From Thelocarpon superellum (lineage: Eukaryota), in contig JAPEUG010000064.1 in NCBI GenBank assembly GCA_026025795.1, positions 1 to 60,943 on the forward strand: DNA of 60,943 bases. Direction: 5' to 3'. The notes beneath the pieces were generated by a model. It searched no databases and was not told the origin of the DNA. It saw nothing but the letters and a program-made list of their open reading frames with translations. A program made the position numbers and the translations under genes. Positions 12,119-23,631 of this stretch are shown here, piece by piece. Each line of letters opens with the position of its first letter. Within the stretch, counting starts at the first letter, position 1.

Positions 12119-13096
12119 ATGGCATCTCCATCCTCTTCCTCATCGCCCGCCAACCCATCCGCCATGTTTGCCGCCCGCGAGAATGTCACGCCCAACCGAG
12201 ACGTGCTCGAGGGAATCGTGCAAGCGTCCAACTGTTCGTGTTGCTCGATCCGTGCTTACCTGTCGAGGCGATGGGGCACTCGTCACTGACTCGTGAGTCT
12301 CAGTCGATCGCGACGAAGTGGATCGATTGCGCAAGCGGTTCATGAAGCTGGACAAGGTGAGGATCCATCGGAGCCGAGGAGGGCCCGAGGAACATCCGAT
12401 CCGATCGCGACTGACGTGGTGGCGACAGGACAATTCGGGCACGATCGAGCGGGATGAGTTCCTCAGCCTGCCCCAGATTTCGTCGAACCCCCTGGCAACT
12501 CGGTAGGTGTATCTCGGCATGCTTCAAGTCTTGGCGACGACACTGACAGGATGACCAGAATGATCGCCATCTTCGATGAAGACGGTGGAGGCGACGTCGA
12601 CTTTCAGGAATTCGTGTCGGGGCTCAGTGCGTTCAGCAGCAAAGGCAACAAGGAGCAGAAGTTGCGGTTCGCGTTCAAGGTGTACGACATTGATCGAGAT
12701 GGATATATCTCGAATGGCGAGCTCTTCATCGTGCTCAAGATGATGGTGGGGAGTAATTTGAAGGATCAACAATTACAACAGGTGGGGCCTCCTGCGTCTC
12801 CGCTTCCCTTCCCCTCCCGGGTCATGCCGTCTTCGTTGTCTGGTCAAGTGCTGACCAGGTACAACGACAAATCCAGATCGTGGACAAGACAATAATGGAA
12901 GCGGATCTAGACAAGGACGGAAAGATAAGTTTCCAAGAGTTCACCAAGATGGTGGAGAATACGGACGTTAGCATGAGCATGACCTTGGGTGAGTGTTTTC
13001 TTTGGCACATTCACGTTGGTTGGAACGCTCTTCTGCTTGATCTATCTCTGAAATCATGGACCATACTAACCCGAAAGACGTATAGATGCAATCTAG
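12119..13096 (+). CDS. CNB1: Calcineurin regulatory subunit B, spliced
   Basis: EF-hands [34 protein letters not shown] and [29 protein letters not shown]. Last micro-exon ends TAG at 13096. Confidence 0.96.
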
Positions 13097-13876
13097 CCAG
13101 GTTGTCTTCTCCCCACCCACGTTCTTCGTTCTTCGTTCTTCGTTCTCCGTTCTTCAATTCCATCTTCGACTTCAACTTCCACTTCCTCTTTACTCTTTCC
13201 TTGTTGATGTACGTATCTAGCATAGATACCGGATCTGCACCACGAAGACGATGAAGATGAAGACGATGACGAAGACGCAAAGGACGTTTAAAGGGTACAT
13301 GAAACAGAGTGTGAGATGGACGTGAAAAGTAATGATATCGAGTCGTAGGGTGGTACCGAGGCTACAATTCTTGCAAATATTCCAGCATTCCATGCCTCTC
13401 TATTCTTCGTTCATAATGAACAGCTGGACGGAATGGGAAACCAAACTGACAAGTAAGAAACCCCGTAGTTGACGGGTCTTTCTCTCTTTAGTCCTCCTGA
13501 GGCGCTTCCTTGCCGCGTATGTTGAACAGCGCTTTTTTCCTTTCGCGTCCTTCCATCCATCCATCCTTCCTTCCAACCGTTCAATTTTCCAATTTCCCAT
13601 TCCATACCGGTTTCCTTCCATTCCTTTCCCTTCCCTTCCCTTGTCCTTCCATCGGCGCATGGCATGTCATGTCCGTTCGTTTCTTCCTGTTAATACATGG
13701 TATCAATATCTTACAAGAACTCTTCCCATTGGTCTCCTCATCTCTTCGCATCTTCAGGCCTGCCATCTATACGTATGGTCGCTTCCGTACGCGTAGGTAC
13801 GTATTTCGTGCTAGATCCTCTTATCGTCATCATCGTCGATGTCGAGTCCGTTGGTCATCTTGCGTGATGTCTCATC

Positions 13877-15253
13877 TCATGTACTGCCGCTCGGGGGTGC
13901 AGGTGGAGGCGGAGGCGGGAGAGGCTTGATGTTGCTGTTGCCACTTCCTCCTCCGCCACCACCACCCGAGAGACCCAGTCGCGTTTTCTCTTCTAGTCCA
14001 GGCGGGTTCTCGTCGTTACTCTCCAACAGGTCGAGACACTCCTGAAGAACTGATTTCGCCCTACGTTAGCCACCGAATGTTCTTGCATGGAACTCAAACG
14101 TACTGCTGATGATCTCTTCTTCCCAAACCCCCATCTGATAATCCACCAGACCATGCCGTTCCATGTTGTCGCAGAGACGGACCAGGTTACTGCCCATTCG
14201 CTCGAGGAAATCCTCCTGGATGAGGCTCTGCGGTGGAGGTGGGGCGTGACCCGTTTCGATCATTCCCTGTGTCATGTCCTTTTGCTGTTGCAGAGCCGCG
14301 AGCCAACAGCTATTGAACTCGTTCCATAATCGGATGCGGTCGCCATGAAGGTTTTGGTCGTCCACCACGAGCCCTAGCACCGGAGTCAGCGTCGACATCA
14401 TCCATTTGGCAGCTACAGACACACCGAGCTCGACGGCGTGAGACAACAGCCACTCCGAGATCTCCAGCAAGGACTGTCCCGCTTCCACTAGTCGACCGTC
14501 CCGCGTATGCTCGAATGTGCGCTTCAAGGCGATCTGATATTGATCATATGCATCCTCGTAGCTCGACGTTGGCTGCCCGAGGCTGGGCACGTCGGCTCCC
14601 CCAGGTATAGGGGGTCCCGCAGGCTGGTGATGATGAGAGGAGGGATCCATGGCCGGCGGATACGATGACACGAGCGCTGATCGTGCCGGCAGGCTGGGCG
14701 CCGAGTAGGAGAAGGAGGTGAATTGCGGGGGTGCATGTGGGGAGGGGACGGAGAGGCCCTGGGAGATGCTGGGTTCGGTAGGCATGTAGAATTGTGGAGC
14801 GGCCGCGAAATGCGTCGAGAGCACCTCGATCGCTGCAGACTGCCGCGGCGCCTGGTAGGCTTGTTGCACCGAGTCGTACGCCTGACCTTGCCTCGCTTGC
14901 CGTGGCATGTCAAACATGAGATTCGATGGAAAGTGCCCTTCGTCCGGGGCGGGCCGCGGGGGGTCGGGCGAATAGCTGCCCGGATATTGCATCGTGCCCG
15001 CCGGGAGCGCCGGCGCGGCGAACGACGACGGGTCAGCGTAATATCCATATCCGCCCGCCGCGGTATCATCACGCCCCGAGGACGGAGGAGCTCCTGCCGT
15101 CGGTCCACCCTGCCGGGCGGGGAGGACGGCAGGGTCTCGGTAGTTGCTGCCGCCAATGGACGGCCGAGGCTGTGCATGTCTCGAGCCCGCTGCGGACACG
15201 CCCAAGAACTCAGGAGGATCATTCTGCCGCCGTCGTCGATTGCCGCCTTCCAT
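13877..15253 (-). CDS. Conserved fungal hypothetical protein (disordered N-terminus, helical C-terminal domain), spliced
   Basis: ATG at 15253; domain-like YQIALKRTF...LLEISEWLL...RLWNEFNSCWLA...LVRLCDNMERHGLVDYQMGVWEEEII; terminal exon VLQECLDLL...PPSGST* ending 13877. Confidence 0.82.
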
Positions 15254-18172
15254 ACCACTACGGCCACCGATCGTCACCAGAAGTCCTCCTGAAGGCACGG
15301 GGCCACGACACCGGCGAAGGGCAGCGACGGGATGGAGGCGGGGGACGTGCTGGTGCCACGGTGGGGCCTGTCGAGCTTATAGAGGAGGGTCGCGGCGCCA
15401 GTGGCAAGGACAATGGCAATGGGAATGGCAGTGGGGCCGCCGGCGGCCTCGCGTGGGTAAGGCCCTGGGGCCGATGATGCTTTCGCCCCCGTCAGCTCGG
15501 GGTGGAGGCAGAGAGGGCGAGGAAGGCTGACCGATGGCTCGACACGCCGGTCCAAGAGTAAGGCCAAAACGGAGGGCCGCCACTCATTCCCACCCAGCCT
15601 AGACGTGCGCGAACGGAGAGACTCGACTCGGGGGCGTCAGGCATGAAGGACGCCCACCATGGCGCCACAGCGGAGAGTCACGCCCCACGATGCCTCACCC
15701 GCAGCGATGTCCAGCACCTTTGGACTCGCACGACCGGCTTCGTGAGCTGGAGGGAGCCGGCGGCGGTGCAGAAGCGAAGCATCCAGGATCGAGAGGGTTC
15801 GGGGGTCTGGCAGCTGGTACGACGTACCCGATCGGAGCTGACCTGAGCCGTTTGATGCCTTACCTAAGACGCGCTTGGGGGAAGGAAGGAGGGGCGAAGG
15901 TGGTGACGTCGACGGCGTAGGATGACGGCAGACACAGCAAGACGAAAGCGAGCAAGGACGAGGGCGTGAAGGTAGTGGGGCCGGCGACCTCGAGAGGGGA
16001 GAGGCTCACGGCGAGACCGGGTCAGTACATGAACCAATGACTACTGCCCGAGGGGAGGCGGCGGTGTCGACGAGGTCAGGGCAGGACCGGTTAGGGTCGG
16101 AGCGAGCCAAGAGGACACCGTCGGAGGAAGAGGGGAGACGGAGAGACAATGAGGACAGCGGAGCGTGCTCTGGAAGCCCAAGGCCAACGTTCGAGCATGG
16201 TACGAGTTGGCCTGGAGCTTGGTAAAGTACAGGTACAAACATCCAGAAGGCCAGCCTCCCGATGGCGCGGCGGCGTCGGCGGCGGCGCGCGAGTGGAGTA
16301 AAGAAGCAATGTCCCTAGGGCTCCGTGTGGCCGCGCCCGGACCACTGGTCCAGGTGAGCATCTTGCTCTTGGGACCTGGCAGGGCAAGGCAGGGCAAGGC
16401 AGGGCAAGTGCAAGACCATGCAAGGCGTGCACGAGCGCCCACACGACGCATCCCAACCACACACGCAAATCCTCAAGCTGATCCTCAGCGGTCCGCCATT
16501 GCCCAGATCGGCGACGGCGTGTGCACCCGCACCCGCATCCGCGCCTGCGTAGACCGGCTGTTTTAGATCGCCCGAGTTCCGCGCGGGCGCGAGAGGGGGG
16601 GGTGGGGATGGGGGAGCGACGGGGGGAAGGAGACGGCGGGGGGGTTCACGGTTCCAGGGGGGGAGGTCCCAGGAAAGAGGGAGGTGGGGAGTGTACCGAA
16701 GTGGGTCAGCGGGGGGGCAAAGGGGGGTCAGAGGCGGAAGGGTCCGCGACAAAGACCGCCGACTCGAAGAGGTGAACGATCGGCCCGGTATGATGGCGCA
16801 CGGTAGTTGAGCAACGCGTGCAGGCAGAGTACGTCTCATGCGCCACACGCTTCGCTAATTGCTAGTGGAGTGGAAACGATGAAGCGAACTCGACCTTTGC
16901 CGTGATCATTGGCCAGCCTTTAGATGGGTCCGGACTAATCGAAAGGTAGCTGGGAGCCTAAAGCCTGCGTCGGCTGGGAGCTAGCCTAGGCCCTCCGTAC
17001 TTGCTCCTTGGGGCACAAAGCTCCTTGGCCTCGCCAACGAGGGTCTGAGGACGCTCCACTGATAGTCTCCGAGGCAGAGAGGAGAGAGGCAAGCGACCGC
17101 CATCGCACCCCCCATCACCACGTCCTCGACCCCTCACCTGCGACTAGGTCCGGTGTACGGACCGTGTACAGCGTACCGGATACATGCATAAACGTAGGAT
17201 AGCCGACTTATTACCTGCAGGCCGGCAGGTGAGCTGCAGGGCAGGCCGACGACGAGCGGTAACCCCTTCCAATCGTCCACCAACGGCCAACAGCCGGCCA
17301 TCCTTCCCCTCTGCGGCGCCCAAGGTGGGTCCGCAAATGCAAGGTTGCACGCCTCCCGCAGCTTGCTTGTCGCAGCTCGGCGAGCTGCGCGGGGCCGGTG
17401 AGCTGGCTGCGGACCCAGAGCTGGGAACCCAGCTACGTCGCCTTGGCCTGTGGGGGCACATCACCGGTGTCGATGGTCGCATTGTTGCTTCCGAGGTGGG
17501 GCATGGCAATCGCCGCTCGAGGAAGACTCGCGGGCAGGGCGGAGGCCGGTTTAGGGGCCCGTTCATGGCCCCCAGGGCCTCTCGGACTTTCGCGGTGGTC
17601 CCACTGCGCGCATGCCACAGGCCCACATTTCCATCTTACCAATGGAGACTGAATATGGCCCTGGCGCTCGGGGCGTGGCGTTCGTGGAGTGCGACTCTAC
17701 TGCCGAACTCAGTTGGATCTTCAATCGTGCAAGGCCCCAACCACGCTTCTCAGCGGTGGCGACCATTGGGTCAGCATGACCAATGGCCATGCTCCACCGC
17801 GGCTATGTCTAGGTTGAAGTCCGGCGGGTCTGGGCCCACCCGTCGTCACCATACCCGACACACGATGGAGTGCTGGACCACGGTTCCATCCCACCGAGCC
17901 CGTCAACTGTACCGACAGACCACATTGGGTCGTCGTGGCTGATCAGGTACCAGACGCTCGGGACAGGGGCTGCGATCACCGACCCCTGCCCTCGTGCTGG
18001 ACTGATGTGTCCGCAATCCCGTCGCCGTACCAAACTTGTGATCTGGTAGGTCCTCGCCCCTCTCCGGCTCGTTGCGCGCGTGGGGATTAGCTCGCCTCCT
18101 CCTACGCCAACGCCAATGCCGATGCCCTCGCTCACGCACTCTGGTACGCCCGAGCCTAAGCCTACGAGTAAA

Positions 18173-18238
18173 CCAAGCCCAAGCCCAAGCCCATGCCCAA
18201 GCCCAAGCCCAAGCCCAAGTCCAAGCCCAAGCCCAAGC
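18173..18238. repeat. Hexanucleotide microsatellite (CCAAGC)x11
   Basis: Read directly; two variant units (CCATGC, CCAAGT). Confidence 0.95.
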
Positions 18239-19905
18239 CCTCCGTCGTCCGCTACCTCGCCGTCGCCCTCGGCGCCGACGCCCGCGTCCGGTCTGAAACC
18301 GGCTGTGACGTACAAGGCCTGGTCGGCGGATGCCCGCCACGCCTGTGGCCGATCGTCGTCGTCAAAGTTTTCGAATTGGCCGTGGTCACCAGTGACTCGC
18401 CCAGCCACGCGAGCCCTCCGTCGATCCTCCCCCTGCGCCCGAAACCTTTCGTGCCTGCACCAGAGTGAAGGTCCTCATCCTCATCTCCAGGCCAATATAT
18501 CGCAATTGGTCCCTGCACGTCATCGTCCAATTACGTCGCCGCGATGGTGGTGCACCACCAGCCAGGAGTTGGAGGCCCTTTTTTCGTCCAAGCGATGGGG
18601 TAATTTACCACGACGGCGCCGGGGCCCCCCACCCCCATCTCGCTCGGCCTAGAGATCCTCGGGAAGGACAACGATGCGCAAATTCGAGCCTCAGCGCGGT
18701 CCACCAGGCTCGCTTGGGGCCACAGGGTCGCGCGCAGGGCCGGCAGTCCAGAAGCGCGAGGAGGGAAGAAAGGGAATAAGGGAAAAAGGGAAAAAGGCAA
18801 TGGTCAACAATGCCTCGGGGGCTGGGCCGAGCGAGGGCGCGTCGGACCCGGGTTCAACGTTTCGCTCCACGGTGCGGCTACGGTACCTGCAGCTACGCAA
18901 TGACCTGTCGCCTGTCACCTCCCGAGAGCCGCTGTCCGTCGTACCTTACAGTAGGCCCGTTTCATCCTCCTCCTCCTCGCCCGGCCGGCAGCACGCGACC
19001 GGTCTCATGCACGCTCGGCGGAAAATTCTACTCCGTCTTCTCCCCACCAATGTGCCGTCCGCAGCGTAAAACACTCCCAGCGGCCTTTCGTTCCGACCTG
19101 GTTTCGCGCCCAGCCGCCGTGGCAGGGCGACACCGGGCACGTAGGGCTGACCCGTCAACCCGCGGACCCGCGACCCGGACCACGGCCTGACCGAGGTGCG
19201 ACGGGACTATCCCACGCTACCCAGCCTTGGTAGGAGATACAGGCTCCGCCTCCGCCCCTCGAGCGATGGCGGTCCTGGACACCCGTAGCGGCCGCAGTAC
19301 TCTGTACATCATCTGATCGTCCGCTCCGTCGCGTCGCCGTCCGCCGCTCGGACGGGGAGGAGGCAATAAGCGCCGAAAAAAGCTCGCGGGGCCAGCTCGA
19401 CGGCGGACCTCCCCTCTTGCAGCTGGCCGCGTGCCCTGCAGTAGCTCTGCCCCCGACCCCGATTCCACGCCGCTTCTGCACGAGGCGGCGCGGTGGCCGG
19501 TGCCGGCCGCACCCCGATCGAGCTCTCTTACCGAGCGGGTGATGATATTGGACGGTCTGAGCGTAATCCGCCACCCCCGACGTTTGACGTGGCACACGCG
19601 TCCCGAGAGCCGTTGGGTCGTCCGGCCCTTCCCCCTTCTCGTCCATGACCTGCCTGCGTGCCAGGGAACGTTTCACCGTCCGTCACTCGTGCTTCCCCAT
19701 CGCGTCGGCAGGCGAAGCGGGCGAATGCTTGATGGACTGGCCGCGCACGCCTTCCGCTTGATGTCCGATCCGTATGCACGGTACAATTACGGGACGATCA
19801 GGAGACTCTGTTATGCACCACGACCTATATACAGCTCTGGCGTAGTTTTGGGACCTGGCAGCAACGTGCCATGTATCCTTCTCCAGGGAGACCGATCGTC
19901 ACGGA

Positions 19906-20972
19906 TCATCGTTTGACCCACGCCGGCATCTTCCTCGCCTTCAGCTTTCCCGGTTTCTTACGCTCCACGCGTCGGGGATCGCGAGTGATACAGCCGGCTA
20001 CAGGATTCGTCAGCATATGTTGCCGCCACGTGACCGGCCTGACCGATCGGCGAAGCAGACGGTGGAGATAGGGGCACGGGCACAGCAGAGAAACCTCGAA
20101 GCGGACGACGGGGACGTACCTCGTCGCAACACCGGCTTTAGCATGGGCTCGTGGACCAACAATGCTTTGGCCAGGCCCAGTGTCATAGCCTCGGCTTGGC
20201 CCGTGGGGCCGCCGCCTGCCACCAATGCCCAGACGTTGTATTTGTCAATCCGGCCCGTGGCTTTCAGTGGCCAGATGGCACTTTCGCGGTCGTGGATGCG
20301 CTCGAAGGCTCCTTGAAGATTCCGTCCATTGACCAGCACCTCTCCCTCACCTTCCACCAGCCACACCCTCGCCGTCGCCGCCTTCCGTCGTCCTAGGCCC
20401 CGGGCTCGGCCGTGGTCGTCGACGGTCCGTGGTTTGGCGACATTGGTATCGGGTTGAGACAGCCGCTTGTAACGAGCCATGGCCGCGGTGACTTCGGCTG
20501 GCATGACGGACTGGTGGATTTGGTTTAATCGACGGAGTAAGCCGACGATCTTCTGATGCTTCGATGCCCGGACGGGTTCTTTCATCTGCTGCCGCAGCTC
20601 CGGTAAGGTCTTCCACGCGACGTGCGGCACCTGTCCGGGGGGTTCCACGGGGAGGGTCTGATATTTCCGAACGAGAGCCGAGAGGGAGATGAGGTCATCC
20701 GTAAAGTGAGGCACGGCGGTGAAGTAGGATCCCGACGCAGGAACCGCGCGTGCAGCGCTCAAGACCTTCGGATCATTGAAATCGATCTCTGGCGCGGCGA
20801 TGATGTCGGATGGCGGTGAAGTGGTGGTGGAAAGCGCTCTCGCGCATCGCGCGGGAGGTGGTGTTCGCAGGGACAAACGGGGCATTGAGAGGCCTCTCTG
20901 ATATCTCCAGCCGCCTTGGCTTTGGGCGAGCCAATACCTCGTAGGTCCAAAGACCGTCTTCAATGTCGCCAT
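19906..20972 (-). CDS. MRPS9: Mitochondrial ribosomal protein S9 (uS9m), one 3' intron
   Basis: [33 protein letters not shown]; last exon [30 protein letters not shown]; Arg-rich presequence. Confidence 0.95.
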
Positions 20973-21256
20973 CGTGGCCCAAGAAGGGGCCGACGGGTAG
21001 CTGTGCCAATTATTGGGGTTCGTGGGTAGAGACAACGCTATGTTACAGCAAATGCATGTCGGCGCCAATGAGCTTGACACGTGATTCGCTAAGAATGTTC
21101 CACATCCGAGAGAATCATCGAAATGTCAGATGTGGCAGGACCGACTCCCGTCACGAAGAACAGTCGAGCTTCTCCCAGATCGAAGTCGCGGTGGAATCAT
21201 CGCAGAAAGTACCTAAGACATCTCTGAGATCGTGACCCGTCTGTCGGTGCGCAATC

Positions 21257-22929
21257 ATGTCGTTCGGCAAGTTCTACACCCGTCCGGTAGGTACCCGTCG
21301 GCAGTTGTTGAGAGCTCTCCTGATGACTCTTGCTGTGCAGGAGAATTCTCGCTCCACGGGCATCCTTGCCATCGCCAAGGCGAACAAGATTGACCTCGAG
21401 ATCGTCGAAGCCAGTGAAGCTGAGCGTCATACGGAGAAATACAAGGCGCTCAACCCGCTGAGCAAGATCCCCACGTTTGAGGGCCCCAATGGCTTCGTCC
21501 TGACGGAGTGCATCGCCATTGCGGTGTATAGTAAGTTTCTAGCGAGGCTATTGCCCATCATTATCTCCCACATGATGAGAGACATATTATCAATTTTCAG
21601 TTATCCCTGCCTGATGACCACTGTTGAGATATTCGAATCTGACATGCAACACTCCTTACGTCTCTGCGTTGCAACGTTGGGTGGACGAAGTAGGCCTGAC
21701 CATGTGCAGTTGCGTCTCAGGACGAGAAGACGCCGCTGTTGGGATCAACCAAGCAGGACTATGCCTCGATCCTGCGGTGGATGTCGTTTGCCAACATGGA
21801 ATTCATTCCGCCTTATGCCGGCTGGGTGTTGGCGTTGCAGGGGAAATTGCCGTACAACAAGAAGAGCGTGGATGAACACCAGGCGCACGCGGTCAAGGTG
21901 GCCGAGGCTTTTGACAAGCACCTGCTGGTGCACACCTTCCTGGTGGGCGAGCGCATCACGCTGGCGGACATCTTCACGGCGCCGATGATCGGTCTGGCGT
22001 TCAAGACTGTAAGTTTGCAGACCAAGACGGGGACTACAGAGTAAGGCTGGGCACACGTACTGAATCCTTTCCTCAGGTCTTCGACAAGAAGTGGCGTGCG
22101 GATCACCCGAACGTCACGCGGTGGTACGAGACGATGCAGCATCAGTCGATCCTGAAGGCGGTGGTGGAACCGATCACGTTCGTCAACGAAGCGATCAAAT
22201 ACACGCCGCAAAAGAAGGAGAAGGAGGCGGCGCCGAAGCAGGAAAAGGCCAAGACAGAGCCCAAGGCCAAGGCTAAGGCGAAGGAAGTGGACGAGGATGA
22301 GGAAGAGGAGGACAAGCCGGCGCCGAGGCCCAAGCACCCACTTGAATCGCTCCCTAAGGCCACGCTGGTCCTCGACGACTGGAAACGCAAGTACTCCAAC
22401 GCCGAGACGCGCGAGGAAGCGCTGCCGTGGTTCTGGCAGAACTACAACGCGGAGGAATATTCACTCTGGCGCGTCGACTACAAGTATCCCGAGGAACTGA
22501 CGCAGATTTTCATGACGTCCAATCTGATTGGTATTTTCGCTCCTCGCTTTTCCTCCCCCCCTTCACACTTACCCTCATCTCCTCCGTGTCCGTGTCCGTC
22601 TCCGGCTCTCCAAGGCACCACTAACCTCTCACAACCGCACAGGCGGATTCTTCGCCCGTCTGGAAGCAAGTCGGAAATACATCTTCGGTGCGGCCTCGGT
22701 CTTTGGCGCAGCGAACGACTCGGCGGTGGTAGGGGCGTTCCTGGTGCGCGGCCAAGAGGCCCTGCCGGCCTTCGACGTGGCGCCCGATTACGAGAGCTAC
22801 GAGTTCACGAAGCTGGATGCGACCAAGCCCGCTGATAAGGCTTTTGTGGAGGACATGTGGGCTTGGGATCAGCCGACGGAGGTCAAGGGAAAGACTTATC
22901 CTTGGGCTGATGGCAAGGTGTTTAAGTAG
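21257..22929 (+). CDS. TEF4: Translation elongation factor eEF1B-gamma (GST-like N-terminus + EF1G domain), spliced
   Basis: NPLSKIPTFEG, LTECIAIAVY, FLVGERITLAD, KHPLESL, LDDWKRKYSN, FMTSNLIGGFFARLEASRKY, FDVAPDYESY, DGKVFK*. Confidence 0.96.
21571..21646 (+). ncRNA. snR38: Box C/D snoRNA snR38 (SNORD38 family) in an eEF1B-gamma intron
   Basis: Box C ATGATGA 21572-21578; guide CAGTTATCCCTG complementary to LSU rRNA CAGGGAUAACUG; D' CTGA 21611-21614; box D CTGA 21639-21642; terminal CATG/CATG stem. Yeast snR38 is likewise hosted in the TEF4 intron. Confidence 0.92.
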
Positions 22930-23019
22930 TTTTCACACCCACCCACACACCCACACACCCGCCCACGCACACTCTTTCTCTCTATTCCCATCAAAGGATG
23001 AGGTATAGCGGAAAGGAGC

Positions 23020-23276
23020 ATGGGTGATGGATGAGCACAGAGATGGGATGGAGGATGGGTGATGGATGAGTACAGAGATGGGATGGAGGATGGATGATGG
23101 ACGAGTAGAGAGATGGGATGGAGGATGGATGATGGACGAGTACAGCGATGGGATGGAGGATGGATGATGGACGAGTACAGTGATGGGATGGAGGATGGAT
23201 GATGGACGAGTACAGCGATGGGATGGAGGATGGATGATGGACGAGTACAGTGATGGGACGATGGAGGAATGGATGG
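23020..23276. repeat. 35-bp minisatellite, 6 full copies plus partial flanks
   Basis: Unit GATGGGATGGAGGATGGATGATGGACGAGTACAGN starting at 23042, 23077, 23112, 23147, 23182 and 23217. Confidence 0.95.
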
Positions 23277-23631
23277 AGACAGGGTGATGAAGATACGGAG
23301 CTGAATGAAAGCAGATGAACAGAGCACCAGTAAAAGCAGCCCTGAGATTGAAGCTCATGTCTGTTCTGACTGTGATGTGGTACAGCAACTACAGTACTTC
23401 GTACACGTGCCGAATACGAACGAAAGACCGGCAAGGAAGAGGAAAGTCAAAGGAAAGGAAGAGAAAGCAAGTACGGGCATGGCTGTCGTCATCGTCATCG
23501 TCTATGATACACTTCTGCCGTTACCTTGTCCTCTCCCTCCCCTCCCCTTCTGATGCCAAGTCCTCTTCTCATCGCATCCTGCCCATGACGTTGTCACAAC
23601 GTAACCTCCCATCCTAGCAGAGACAGCTTGC

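Noticed and set aside
13100..13650. Quasi-inverted repeats between CNB1 and the orphan gene
   Set aside because: Low-complexity CTT/GAA and TTCC/GGAA tracts; pairing is expected by chance.
17809..18652. ORFs with (PS)n, (GL)n, (AW)n, (PK)n and (AQ)n runs
   Set aside because: All frames of the (CCAAGC)n microsatellite; no domain or splice evidence.
15254..19905. Telomerase RNA, tRNA or transposon in the long intergenic region
   Set aside because: No TAACCCTAA template, tRNA T-arm, terminal repeats or transposase/RT motifs seen.
23020..23276. CRISPR-like array
   Set aside because: Units are contiguous with no unique spacers; eukaryotic context and no cas genes.
22896..23434. Minus-strand ORFs with repeated HPPSH/SSILHP peptides
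   Set aside because: Artefacts of the 35-bp minisatellite, open in all three frames.
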